From: Vicugna vicugna | Taxonomy: Eukaryota | Length of the DNA stretch: 64,000 nucleotides | Assembly (NCBI GenBank): GCA_013265495.1 | Contig: MU058451.1 | Span: 2,289,305-2,353,304 of the forward strand | Reading direction: 5' to 3' | Part shown: positions 1 to 11,900 of the stretch, in pieces | Numbering within the stretch: the stretch's first letter is position 1 | Layout of the letters: each line of letters opens with the position of its first letter | Notes under the pieces: model-generated | The model's input: the letters and a program-made list of their open reading frames with translations, nothing else | Databases searched by the model: none | Told to the model about the DNA's origin: nothing | Position numbers and translations under genes: made by a program

Positions 1-2429
1 ACATTGTGCCCTGAAACGCCCAAGTAGATGGCAGGCAGTCTGCAGGCAGTTTGTTATGGACATCTATTTGTTTTCCGCGGCCAGGACCAGAACTCACTCC
101 TTGTCCCTCAAGAAATGTTTGATAATAGAGGCGAGGCTTCTGCTTAAATATTTAGAAGACAGCCTATTCAGAGACTGCGCACGTGGGTCTGGCTGCTGAA
201 GTTTCAAGAGGTAAGCATTATGTTGGACTAATTCAAGCTGCGTATGATTGACAGGATCTCAGTGAGACGGGCTCACACTCGTTATTGTGTACATGTCCTT
301 TTGTTTTCCTTCACGGCTTGTCCGTCCTCCCTGCCCCACCTCTGTGCTCATCCTCAGTGTTTTAACCCCGCTCGTTGGTGTGAGGCTAGTGACTGTGCGA
401 AGGCTGTTGACAGACCAGTTTGAATCAGCTCAGTGTGAATATGTGGTGACCACGTGTGTCTCCCAGTGGCTGAGCCTCTAGAAGAGGATTCCTGCTGCAG
501 TTCCTTCCTTGCTGCTTCTTAACCTCGGACCTATTCCTAAACGCGTTAGAAGTCTTTGCCATCCTTGGTGTTATTCTGCACAGCCCTCCAGTCTGCTGTG
601 ATACGTCATCTGCCAGTGTTATCACCAGCAGCTCTCCTGGGCACCTTCTCTTGGTCACCAGTCAAGAAGTGATAGATGTGGGGCAGGTTCTAATCAGCAT
701 AATCAAGAACATGAGAATGTATGCAATACCGTCCGTGCACTTGAACTTTGGCCTAAATCAGGAAAAAAAAAAAGAAAATCCATCCACTTAGGCTCTCTCA
801 GTATCTGGGTGAGATGCAAAAGCTTGAAACTAGCCCTCTGATAGCCTTTGAAATATGGAAAGTTGGTCTTCATATAGGGACTGCCAACCCATGTTTCCCC
901 CAAAACATTGCTGTTGCTTCACTTGTTATTTTTTTAGAGGAATCTTAAAAAATCTTAGCTTGCCATTCCTAAAAGACAAAGTTTATCTATAGATCCTTTT
1001 TGACCAAAGCTGCATTTGGCCTTTATGCGTGAGCCGCACATTGATCCCTGATTAGCCAAAAGGGGGAAGCAAAAGCATTTAACTCCAAGCCTTTTGTGTT
1101 CTGAAGAAATTTTGTGTGGTAAAGGACTAAATCTGTCAAATAGCTAGTCGGTAATTTACTTCTATTGATATGATAGTCAGACAAGATAATTGGTAGTTAA
1201 TTAATAGACCACTTAACTTAAAAGGTTTCACAGTTTTAAAATACTAATTACTGAATTAGGCATTTATCTATATCCAAATGTCTAAAGTCTATTTAGTTAA
1301 AATCCATCCAGGAAAAGTAAAAGCCCACCAGCTAGATCTGAGTAATGTGGCACTTAAAGACATTAGTGCTGCGGCTGTACCTAATAGCGCATGAATGGTC
1401 CCTAATCATTAATATTTTAAGTTCTTATGTGATTTACTTGTTTTTAATCTCAAATACTGTATTCCTCTGTTCTCTGGTTAGAGAAATCTACTTTTGTTCA
1501 AGGCTTCTTAGATTTAGAATTAAAAAAAAATTTCTAACATATTCTTATAAAACTTTTTGGCTGATACTGCCTCTAAACTGTAGTATTAAGAATTCTTAGA
1601 CTAAATATTTTATAGAGTATTATTTTCCTGTCTTAGGATTAGCTACTAAAAACTTGGAATTCTTGGCATATTTTTAAGTCTGTACTAGAGCTGGCTTTTG
1701 TTATTAAATAAATTCATAGGCATACAAATCAAATGTTGAGCTTTAGAAACAAACTTTTTATGTCTTGAACTGACCTGTAAATTGACCTAAGATAAGCATA
1801 CTTTATCTTATTAATTCTCATGGTCACAGTTAAAAACTGAGTTAAAACATCTCTTGCATGGATACCTGGAACTCAGTACACACCTAACAGGGTCATTTCA
1901 TAGCCTTTTGTTCCTAACGCAAAATAAGATCACATGCTCATTGAGCTTTGAGTTTGTATATTTGATACATTACATGCTGGACCCAAATCTAGTGCTATTA
2001 GAAGTCAGCATCTATGGCATGATAAACTGTCACTTTACATAACTGGTGTGAGTGGGGAACCATTCTGTAAGTCTTCCCAACACCTTTGCTGTATGTTCTC
2101 ATCTGGGTCTGGTTATCTCAATTGTTTAGAAAACATTGCCAAGTAACCAATGTCACATGAAAAAATAGCCGGGCTCCGCTAATGGCCAAATCCAACGTGC
2201 GGCTTGATGTTTTTGCAGAACGTAAGCCTGTTGACCATCTTTCTGAAACGCTAGCGCTCCAGCTCCTGCTATAAGCCCACTTTCTGTTGCTTCTATTCGT
2301 GTCTTCCCATTCCTCTTAGCCTCCCTACCTCTGAAAGGTGATGGTTTCTTTAGTACAGCGTGCTCAAACCTCTTCTCACTGTGCTCTTCTAGCTGGGTAA
2401 TATGTTTATTTCAGTGGCTTTAACTGTGA

Positions 2430-2990
2430 TTTCTAAGACAGTTCCCAAATTCACACAGCTGTCTTGGCTATTCCAAGCAGTCCCTAAAGTCAGCAAGTCT
2501 CAAAACGGGACTAACTCTTCTTTGCCTCTTTTGAGTTTCCTGGTATGGCCAGTACCAGGCTTGGAAACCTCAGCAGTATCTTTAATTCTCCATCCTGCAC
2601 ATTCATGGGTCTTCAAATCCAGACTGTTGTGTTGGTGCCATGTGCTTTGACCCCTCCTTCCTGCTTCCTCCTGTGTGCTTCCATCACCTCTTGCCTGGAC
2701 TCTGCAAAGGATCGCCCAACTTCTTTCCCCATTTCCAGCCTTTGCTCTCCAACCTAGTGTTGTCTAAGCAAACTGGAGTTTGCGATATGCCTGTTTAAAG
2801 ACTATGCTCGCCAGAACCTACCCGCAGCCCTTGCATGACCGTACTGTTCACAGCACAAAGTCCAGGCTCACTGGCATGGCAGCTGAGGCCTTCCAAAGCT
2901 GATTGCCACCTGCCTTCTAAGCTAATCACCCATTATATCCCCGGTGAACCCTAAACTCCAGCCGGGCCGGGCACCTCACTGTCCCCTGAA
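2430..2990. mobile_element. Degenerate L2 LINE fragment
   Basis: L2-like phrases (aaacctcagcagtatctttaattctcc; aaagtccaggctc..ctggcatggc..gaggccttcc); highly diverged. Confidence 0.5.
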
Positions 2991-5520
2991 GGGGCCCTGC
3001 ACTCCCGGCTGTTCTGCCGTTTTGGTCCCGTCTTGCCAGGAGACAAAAGTTGAATAGTTCAGACGAAGTTATCGCTGCTCCCGAGGAAGAAAAATGAACA
3101 CGTTCAAAATCTTTCCACATTGACTAAATAGTATCTTTCTACATTAAGGGAACAGTCCTTGTAGAATAGTCTCGAATTCCTGCTTCAGGGAATGGCCTCT
3201 CTTGTTTGACTGAGAGTGTTTCTCTTGAGGCCTGGAGGCAAAGTTAGTATTTGTTCTTCTCTCCCTGGTTATTTCTACTTCTAGGGCTGTATCCGTTATC
3301 AGCCCTAGTAGAAATTAATCTGTAGGGCCTGTCGGAGTGGAAGCATTTGCTAACCCGCGCTAATGCTAACACTGCTGGAAGAGGTTTTTCAGAATTAGCA
3401 AAGAGAGGGCGCGCAGGGGCGTCCTCGGCCGTTTGCTGCAGGCCTGGGTCCCTGCGGCCCCAAGGAGCCACGGACCCCACGGTTAAGTGCGTAACTGCTC
3501 ACCATCTCCACTTGCTCTCTCCCTTGACATTTGTTTTTGCCCTAACCATTTTTCAGACTTTCAAGATCTTTGGCAAATTCTAGTAAATTGACTTTAGTGA
3601 CTTGAACGTATCTAAGACGTGGCAATCGGAAAACTTTCAAGCAGTTTAATGACCTCACTTGGGAGGTAGAATAACTTTCTTTAAGTAGAAACCACCCCCC
3701 CCCTCTTTTTAAACTGAAGGAATATTCGTAGCAGATTTATCTCAAAGTTCTGTTCTCGTTCTTTCAGAAACTAGAAGCCTGTTCCAGTTGTGCTGAGTGG
3801 GCAGGTTGCCTCTGTCCGGTCCAGCTATGTGCCTGTGTGGATAGGGCGACAGGTCTTGTTTGCTGGCCTGTTTTGGAGTGCTCAGCGAATAAGAAGGTTT
3901 CTGGCTGTGGTGTAGTTACAGCTACTGGACTTGGGAAAGTCCATTCCAGCCTTGGTTAGGTCCTAAATACCTGGGATGTTTTTGGCCCCCCAGATTGTAC
4001 TATGCTGAAATTCCACTAGGGGGTGTGCTAGCAGGGTAGATTTGTATCTTATTTCCCTCTACACATACAATCGGTAATTTACCCAAGATAAAGGGCCTTT
4101 TGTAGCTAATCTTTGGAGTATGGCAAACTCTGATAGTCCTTAAGAGATAGGAAACTGTTATTCCCTGCCTCAGTTGAATGGGTTAAATCCAGTGTTTTGA
4201 GCCTGTAACTCCACGGATCCGATTAAAACGTGTTCATCTCTTTTGTTTTAAACAGAGATTTCTTATCTCAGAAGTTACTATGGTAGTTAGCTGTTTAAAG
4301 AACTAACCCCTTCTTGTAGTTCTTTTAACAGACCTAAAAACCCCTTGTAGGCAGAGACCCCTTGTAAGCACAACCAGAAAATAACTTTGAGGAAGATGGA
4401 GTCGTCTTCTTTCTTTGAAAATGAACGGTAGGCAGGTAAAGCACACATCTGGTCCCTGCAATAGGGCTGCCTTTGAGAAGCTCCCTGTGTTGTGACCTAA
4501 CCCTCTTAAGACACCATTGTTCAGAAAAAGGTTGTCAGAGCGTGGCTTTAGGATCTAATCTCGTTTACCCTGACACACTTGGCCAGCCAGTTCCAGTCAC
4601 CTGGGCCTCTGGGTTCACGCAGGCTTACGCCATCTCAGCACTGCTGGGGACGCCTTTCAGCAGAAGGAATACTTGAGCTTACCCAGCATGGCCCGTTCTT
4701 GAGTTTCTTCTTCTTTTTCACTTTATTTGTCAATTCCCTCAAAACTCTAAGTTCACACCTGTCAGGGGCCATTTTCCTAAATGCTCTGAAACTAAAATTA
4801 AGTGAACCACAGGGGAAAAAATTGAATATCCTCTCATAATGATCATAAAACTTTCAACACTGCAGCAAATGCTGCTAGAATATTTAACAAGGAAGGGCAA
4901 TTACTGCCGCAACCTTGAGTGCTGTCAAGTGAACCCAACTGACAAGCCACTTACAATGAATCTACATTTGGAAACAAAACATGACTTGGTCTGTGAAACT
5001 TTCAGAGATCACACAAAGGCGTGTGGAAGGTGGCAACGGTGTTGACATTGTGAACATTGACGTTTTTTGGTTTGGGGAAACAACAGTGTTTCTCTGTCAT
5101 TTGCTGCTTGCATAAAATGTGAATTTCTTGCCTTTCCTTCAAATGGCTTAGTACTGGATTTCTGAATATTAACATGGTTCAGCTTCTTAGTGTGATTCTA
5201 AACAATGGGGCTCAAAATAACACTTCCCAAATCAGGATAACTGGGGAAATATTTGTGGTGTAACTTACGTAAGCACATGGGTATTTTGAGGACAAGTGAA
5301 ACTTAAAATTCAAAGCCTGAATTTTCCCACCTGCAAACTGTAATTAACATACTGCCCCCTACTGATTTCTCAAGTATTTTTTAAAAAATGGGGCCAGTTC
5401 TACAATCTCTTGGGAAAGGGAAACATCGGGTATAATAAGTGATTTTTAAGTAGTTCTCTGCTAACTTTTTGTATTTTTACATTTGCTGGACTCTTCTCTG
5501 ACAAGCACTGTAATTTATAT

Positions 5521-5653
5521 ATTTTTAAAAATTATTTTTGGGGGGGAGTAGTTAGGTTTATTTATTTGTCTTTCAACGGAGGTACTGGGGATTGAACCCA
5601 GGACCTCATGCATGCTAAGCACTCACTCTACCACTAAGCTATGCCCTCCCCCC
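5521..5653 (-). mobile_element. tRNA-Ala-derived SINE (camelid Vic-1-like)
   Basis: Reverse complement reads GGGGGGAGGGCATAGCTTAGTGGTAGAG..CTTAGCATGCATGAGGTCCTGGGTTCAATCCCCAGTACCTCC plus A-rich tail. TSD TGTAATTTATAT at 5509-5520 and 5654-5665. Confidence 0.9.
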
Positions 5654-5999
5654 TGTAATTTATATTTTTAAATGGTTTTCTGCTCCCAGTAGAACAGGAC
5701 TAAAGACAAGGATTAGAGAAGAGGTGTTACTGGAAAGTGTCTGGTTTCCCAGCATCATCCAGGATTCTGGAGGTGGGGGCAGGCAGCTGAAGCAGAAGCT
5801 TAGCTCTGTGTTTGTAAGACTGCTTTTGCCGGAAGTGTGGGCTGGGGCTGCGTGGAGGGCAGGGAGGCCTGGGAGCCGTACATAGTAAGAACAAGGAATT
5901 GCAGGAACTTGAAGAAACATACAACCAAAAATAGATAGCACTTATAACCAAAACAGCCTATAAATACATGCTTAATTAGCCTTGGTTGCATTTACTGTA

Positions 6000-6170
6000 C
6001 TTTTATATAGCACTTAAATTTTACAAAGTCCCTTCATATGCTCCTCATAGTGACTGTGGATTAAGTAGAGCCATTATGCCCATTTTTATGGATGAGGAAA
6101 CAAACCCAGAGAGGTTGTGGGACTTGCCTAAGGTCACCACTGGGGAAGGAAGAAGCTAGGAGCTGACCCT
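6000..6170 (-). mobile_element. MIR SINE
   Basis: MIR core cccatttttatggatgaggaaac..agagaggttgtgggacttgcctaaggtcac. Confidence 0.75.
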
Positions 6171-7103
6171 CCACCTAGGGCCTTAGTTTGGAAGCTCTGC
6201 AAACACTTACCTGGGCTCCTTGTCCAAAGCTCCTGGAAGGTTTTCCTGAGTCACATATGCTTTTGCCCTGCAGTATAATGTAAGAATCCACCTTCAAATG
6301 TTGATTTTTTTTTTATTAGCATGGTTAGTTTAGCAATGACTGACTAACCGTAGCTTAATATCCCCAGAAAATTTGCTCCATGAATTACACAAGCATGTGA
6401 AATTCTGAAGAACCAATATCATGCTTGAGTTTTATTACCAAAACCGGATTCATATTTTTTTTTCTGTGCCTTTTCTGTAAATTTCCATGGTGTGTAGCTG
6501 AGGTGGTTACTTCATTGAGAAGAATGTAGTATATCCTTGGTCACTGAGCTTCCTTCTCTTCCTGGTTTGCATGTCAACACTGACAGACTGGACATAAACA
6601 GCAGTGAATCACAGAGGCTCTTGCACAAGGACTGGCTGAACACAGTTCTACAAATACTTGATACCAAAATGTTAATAACAAGGTGGTCTTAGTTTAGGTT
6701 TTTGTTTGTTTAAAGCTTATCTCCTGGAAGATGTAAAACCTTTATTCTCTATTCTGTTACGTAATCATCTTATGGGATCAGGAGTCCGGATAGCTCCACG
6801 TTGAGCTTTGCTTTGGAAATGCTAATCACAGATTCTTAAAAACTGCCTGTGTGGTTTTGGCCGAGCATCTGACTTTTAAAGGGCTCCTATTTTCCTATGT
6901 GGGGTTTCCTATGTGGCTTACCAAAGCATGAAAGCTTCAGAAAGGTAAATGTGGAAAATGAAAAAGGTGAATGCTTAGGCTGAAAGGGTCTGAATTCCTT
7001 GTCTTGAAAGCTGAGCCTTCAAAGCCTCTGTGGATAAGGGGAGAGGATTTTAAAGTCATCTGGGTCTCTTGTTTTTGAGAGCTTGTCCTAATGGGGATGG
7101 GGC

Positions 7104-7463
7104 TGTCTTAGTCCATCTGGGCGGCTGTCACAGAATACCAGGAACGGATGGGGTGAATTGTAAACAACAGGAATTTATTTCTCACAATTCGGAGGCTGGA
7201 AGTCCATGATCAAGGCTCCAGGAGACGCGGTATCTGGTGACAACCCGCTTCCTGGTTCATAGACAGCTGTCTTTGCTGTGACCTCACATGGTGGGAGGGG
7301 TGAGGGAGCTCTCTGGGGTCTCTTTTATGAGGGCACTAATCCCATTCATGAGGGCTCCACCCTCATGACCTAATCACCTCCCAAAGGCCTTCCTAGCAAC
7401 ATCATGTCGGGTGTTAGGTTTCAACAGGAAGTGTAGAGAAATGCAAAGCCCCAGACCACAGCA
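7104..7463 (-). mobile_element. ERVL-MaLR solo LTR (MLT1A-like)
   Basis: TG..CA ends; diagnostic atttatttctcacaattcggaggctggaagtcc and catgacctaatcacctcccaaaggcc. Confidence 0.85.
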
Positions 7464-7749
7464 GAGGAGCCTGCCAGTGCTAAAAATGGGTCCCAGGCAA
7501 CTGTACATATGGCCGTGAACTCCCATAGTTGTCCTTACTAAGCTCCCAGGGCTCCTGACATCAATTTGAACTGGCCTTTATCTGATGAACATTGTTGGGG
7601 GAAGGATGTGGGGGATGGAGAATGGGGCCTCTCGACCCCTGAAACTCTGGTTCAAAGCACACAGGTGGCACAGAAGGTCGAGAAATTCGCCTGCCTGTTT
7701 TGCTGAATTTCTAGAGAAATTGATCTGAAGCCACTCAAGGCTTGGAGTA

Positions 7750-7945
7750 GGCAGTTCTGGCTCATGCTAGAACCTCAGCCTGCATTCAGTCCAGAGCAGC
7801 AGCACTAGCATCACCCACCCCCACCCCGCCCAAGGCTGCACATGAGAAAAACAAACTCTTAGGCCCCCCCCAACCTACTGGGTCAGAGTCTGCATTTGAT
7901 TCAGATCCCAGGTGATCATGCACATCGAAGTGAGGAGGAACTGCC
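7750..7945. mobile_element. hAT-Charlie MITE (MER5-like)
   Basis: cagcagcactagcatcacc...cctactgggtcagagtctgcatt..agatcccaggtgat motif series. Confidence 0.6.
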
Positions 7946-8580
7946 CTTGAGTATTTAACTTTCCTTCCCACTTTCTCAATATTCTCTCTCTGTCTTTCTT
8001 TTTTCCCTTGAACTAATCAGCCCTTTAGGAAGTTGTTGGCTAGCAATGCCAGACCATGCCCTCTGGGGTCCACCTTTGTCTAGGTTTATTTTTTTGACTT
8101 GGGTTCCAGGCCATTATTTACAAAGAAGAGTCCAGGTGCCCCCCCGCCCCCTGTTCCCCTTGGATGCTGTGCCCAGGATGGCGTTTCCAAAGCCATGAGT
8201 ATCATGGCTCAAAGTCCAGGCCACGCATTGGAGAGCTTTGTTCTTTCTGGCCAGGACCAAACTGGCTGTCTGGAAATGAGTTGCAGGAGAGCAGAGACCT
8301 TGCCTGTGTGCAGCCCCTCCTCTGCTCCTGGCCCCCACCGTTACTGGCCTTATTTCCTTTCAATGATGTTAATGTTAACTTAGTAGCAGAGTGGTGGTGT
8401 GTAGGTATTAACATGTAAACTAAAAGTGATGGACTGCTGAGCCCATATTTGTGATTTTTTTTTAAGCCTAGAATGTCTTCCAAAGCTAGAAAATGTCATT
8501 ATAATATGAGAATTAAAGCTTGGAGAAGTCATCACTGGACTATATGGAACTTGATTTGCAATGTGCATGTTCCTTCTAAA

Positions 8581-8791
8581 GAGTGGTTCTCTTAGGGGCT
8601 GTTTCCTGCTCAGGGACATTTGGCCACATCCGAAGACATTTTTCCCTTGTCAAAACCAGTGGGGCTGTTCCTGGCATCCAGTGGATCAAAGCCGTGGTAT
8701 TGCTAAACGTCCTGCAATGCCCAGCACAGCCCTCCCGCAGCATAAAGTGACCCAGCACAAAATGGCAGTGGCGCTGGGGGCAGACACTCTG
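8581..8791. mobile_element. MER20 (hAT-Charlie MITE)
   Basis: agtggttctc..gggacatttggc..ctggcatccagtgg..tgctaaacgtcctgcaatgcccagcacagccc matches the MER20 layout, ~210 bp. Confidence 0.8.
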
Positions 8792-8800
8792 TTCTAGAAC

Positions 8801-8961
8801 ACCAGCTCTCATACGTGGCTGCACATTGGAGTCACCTGGGGAGTGTTGTCCCCCAGTGCTCGATCCCCTCCCAAATATAAGTGGCCTGGGTTGTGCCTGG
8901 GCATTAAAACTAGAACCTCCCCCGATGAGTCCAGTGTGTAGCACAGTTTGAGAACTCATTG
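8801..8961. mobile_element. MER5A-like MITE directly next to MER20
   Basis: tggctgcacattggagtcacctggggag...cctgggcatt...gtttgagaac. Confidence 0.65.
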
Positions 8962-11900
8962 CTAGATAAGGCGGCTTTTACAGTCCTTAAAATTTCTTGA
9001 AGAGGTTCGCAAAGATTTTTTTTTCTTTTACTACTGCCTAACAATACAGATACCTCGAAGACCCTCACAAACAGTGCATCAGTTCTGAGTTGTTACAGCA
9101 CACGCCTAAGAATAAAATACGTTTTCAGGAGTAACCTCTTGATTGCATTTATCTTTCATTTAGGTAAAGATTTCGTTTTCTATAAAGACTCCGCAGTGAG
9201 CAAACTAGAAAGCAGAGAAGAATTTGAACTCTTTGCATGTATGAAGTACAGGAGATGACGGGAGGTGATCGTGGTGACATTGCTGGGCTGCGGTGTTGGA
9301 GTTGGGGGCAGGGGGGTGGTCCTGCCACTTCAGATGCCCTCAGCCGTGGCTGAGCCCCCGTGCACGTGGTCATGCCTTGTGGAAGTGGTTACCAGTCACT
9401 GGAGCAGAACCGAAGCCTCTGCCCTTCGTAAGATCTGTCTTTATCACAGTTTCGGGGATGTGACTTGAGTTTGGGGCAAAGCAAAGGGATGAATGACAAC
9501 CTGTTGCTTAACAGACTATTTGGCTGCAATTTTGTGGGTTATTTCAATATTCTGTGAAGAGTTATTAGATAGGAGAAGGGGCCCAAGCTAGAGAGCTCTC
9601 AGGGAATGCTCCTTTGATCACTGAGGACTCAGCCAGGGGGAGGGGCAAGGAAACCAGCATTTGAGAACCAGTGTTCAGCAACTCATTGTTTCTCTGAACA
9701 CACAGATCTCCTGTGGACTCAAGTAAAACACAGAAAAGCGATGATTGCTTCGCAGATAATGTGTAATTTTTTTGATGTGTAGGAGGCATGGCTTCAAGTT
9801 ACATTATTTTAAAAGGCACAGCCATGACAACATATAAATGTTTAATGAATGGATATTTTTGCTGCTCACCAGATGCCGGCAGCCGCGCTAATGGAGTTGA
9901 TACCTCACTGAGTCATTTATGAGAGTCTTAGGCAAGTAATACCTCAGTGTTACGGCTTGTATATTGAATGCGTGGTAGGAATCAAAGAAAGAATAATTGG
10001 ATGTGAGTCGTCATAACATTTTTGAGCTAAGAAACCTTGGAGACCTCCTTTCTGTCCCACAAATGAGTTACGTCAAGAGAAGTCAAGTAACAAGGAAGGT
10101 TAGGTGATTGACAGTCAGTACCAGGTGGGTTCCTGGACTCTAAAGGCCAGTGTACTTTCCAGACAGATGGAGTTTTAAGTCTCCTCCTTTCTGGTATTTC
10201 TGCACAGCAAACTCTAAAGTGTAAGGAAGTGTTGATATCTGAGTCGCTGCCTCGGGGTAGATTCATCCCATGTTTTAATAGTGGGAAGGCAAGTTAATGA
10301 AGCATTTATTTTTGCTGAATAACTAATGGTGTCATCATCTAGGTGTTCATTTGAAAAGCCTAGCTCTTTTATTAGCTTCTTGGTTGCAGGGCAACTGTAG
10401 GAGTGTTCTTGTGCATGTGTATTAAGTATTAACTGCTGATGCCTCTAAATGTTGAACTAAAGCCTGTGGCCTCAAAATAACAGAAAGGACAGGAAATGGA
10501 ACATTGGTATGAATTGGGTGATTATGACATATTCTTTAGTCTTTCTGCTATAGCTAAAGAGGACATTTTGTGTCAAGCTGATGGAGATTTCGATGAACAC
10601 TTTAAGTCTGAGAGTCATTCCAGGCATCAGTATCTTGGGGCTCTGTTGCACAATTCGTCAAGAGACCTTTCTGTCTCTACAAACACACTCAAATAGGAAA
10701 AAAAAAAAGGTGCATTGAATTGCACGAATCTCAGAATTTGTGCTGTCAACTAAAACTAAAGTATTGAAAGTCGGTCTATTGCTAGCAAATACAGATTTTG
10801 GGTTTTACTTCCTAACTGAAGATAATTTTGTAATGAAAAATTTCAAGTTACACCCTCTACAGTCAAAGTGAATTATCTAAAGTTTCGTGGTCAGTACGTG
10901 GCTTAAGCAGATACCTGTAAATCTGCTGGATCAAGAATATTGATTTAGCCATGTGTCCCTTTCCCAGTTTAGTTTGGGGGTAGGTCACCACTTTTTAATC
11001 TTTGAACACACCAGTGATTTATCCTATTAAATAGCCTTTTAAACCCAGTTTACCATAGTTTCAGTGCCTTCAATAGTTTGTACCGTTGAATCTTAGTTTT
11101 CCAGGCACAGTGACTGAATCTTCAGAGAAGAGTGCCACCAGATGTCATTTTAGCCTTGTAAATAAGCAGCCTGTTCCCTTTGTGATTTGATAAAGATAAA
11201 TTACTCTAGTAGCAACCCAGGCGGAAGCAGCAAACACCAAGGAGAGTTGTTGAAGCATTTGGAGGGGTACCGTGAGGATGTCCAGGTAAATGTACTCTGT
11301 TCAGAGGAGTCTTGACCGTACTTTTTCCAAATTGTATATATTGCTGTTATTTGTAGATTCTGAAAACCCTCAGGCCACTATATATGTGCCGGTCATGTTA
11401 ACCCTTTTCACACTGTAACGTGATTTTTGGTCCTCTTTAGAAATGAAAGTTTTCTGGGACATTCAAATGAGAGAGAAACACTTCAAAATGACCGTTTTAG
11501 AAAGATGCCTTTCCTTGAATTGACCACAGTCATGCAAATGCACAAAAATTGAGTATGAGGCCTTTTCCTATGGTGAGGAATTAACTTTGGTTTTCCCTTG
11601 GTCTCCATTAACCTTGAATTGCTTGCAAATATGGAAAATGTATTCTGAGTGTCTTACCTACACCTTTAAAATGTCATCCGTCTCGAAATTTCAAAAGTCA
11701 GACTTTGCCGGATCCCACATTTCTTCACATGCTCCTTTGTTTAACTTTAGGTTAATTTGTCCTGACAGTGCAGCTGCAGGCTCCGCATTGCAGTCTGTCA
11801 TTAAGAGCAGCAAGAATGATCTGGAGGGTTGGAACTGTTGGGAGTTAATTTGGCGTAAACCTAACATTCAAAGATTTCTCAAGATATGACATGTCATGTC

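Noticed and set aside
1766..1788. Retinoic acid response element (TGAACTGACCT-gtaaat-TGACCT)
   Set aside because: The spacer between the two perfect half-sites is 6 nt, not DR1/DR2/DR5; the third half-site overlaps.
6891..6917. Direct repeat TTTCCTATGTGG x2
   Set aside because: Two-copy micro-duplication, common slippage product with no evident function.
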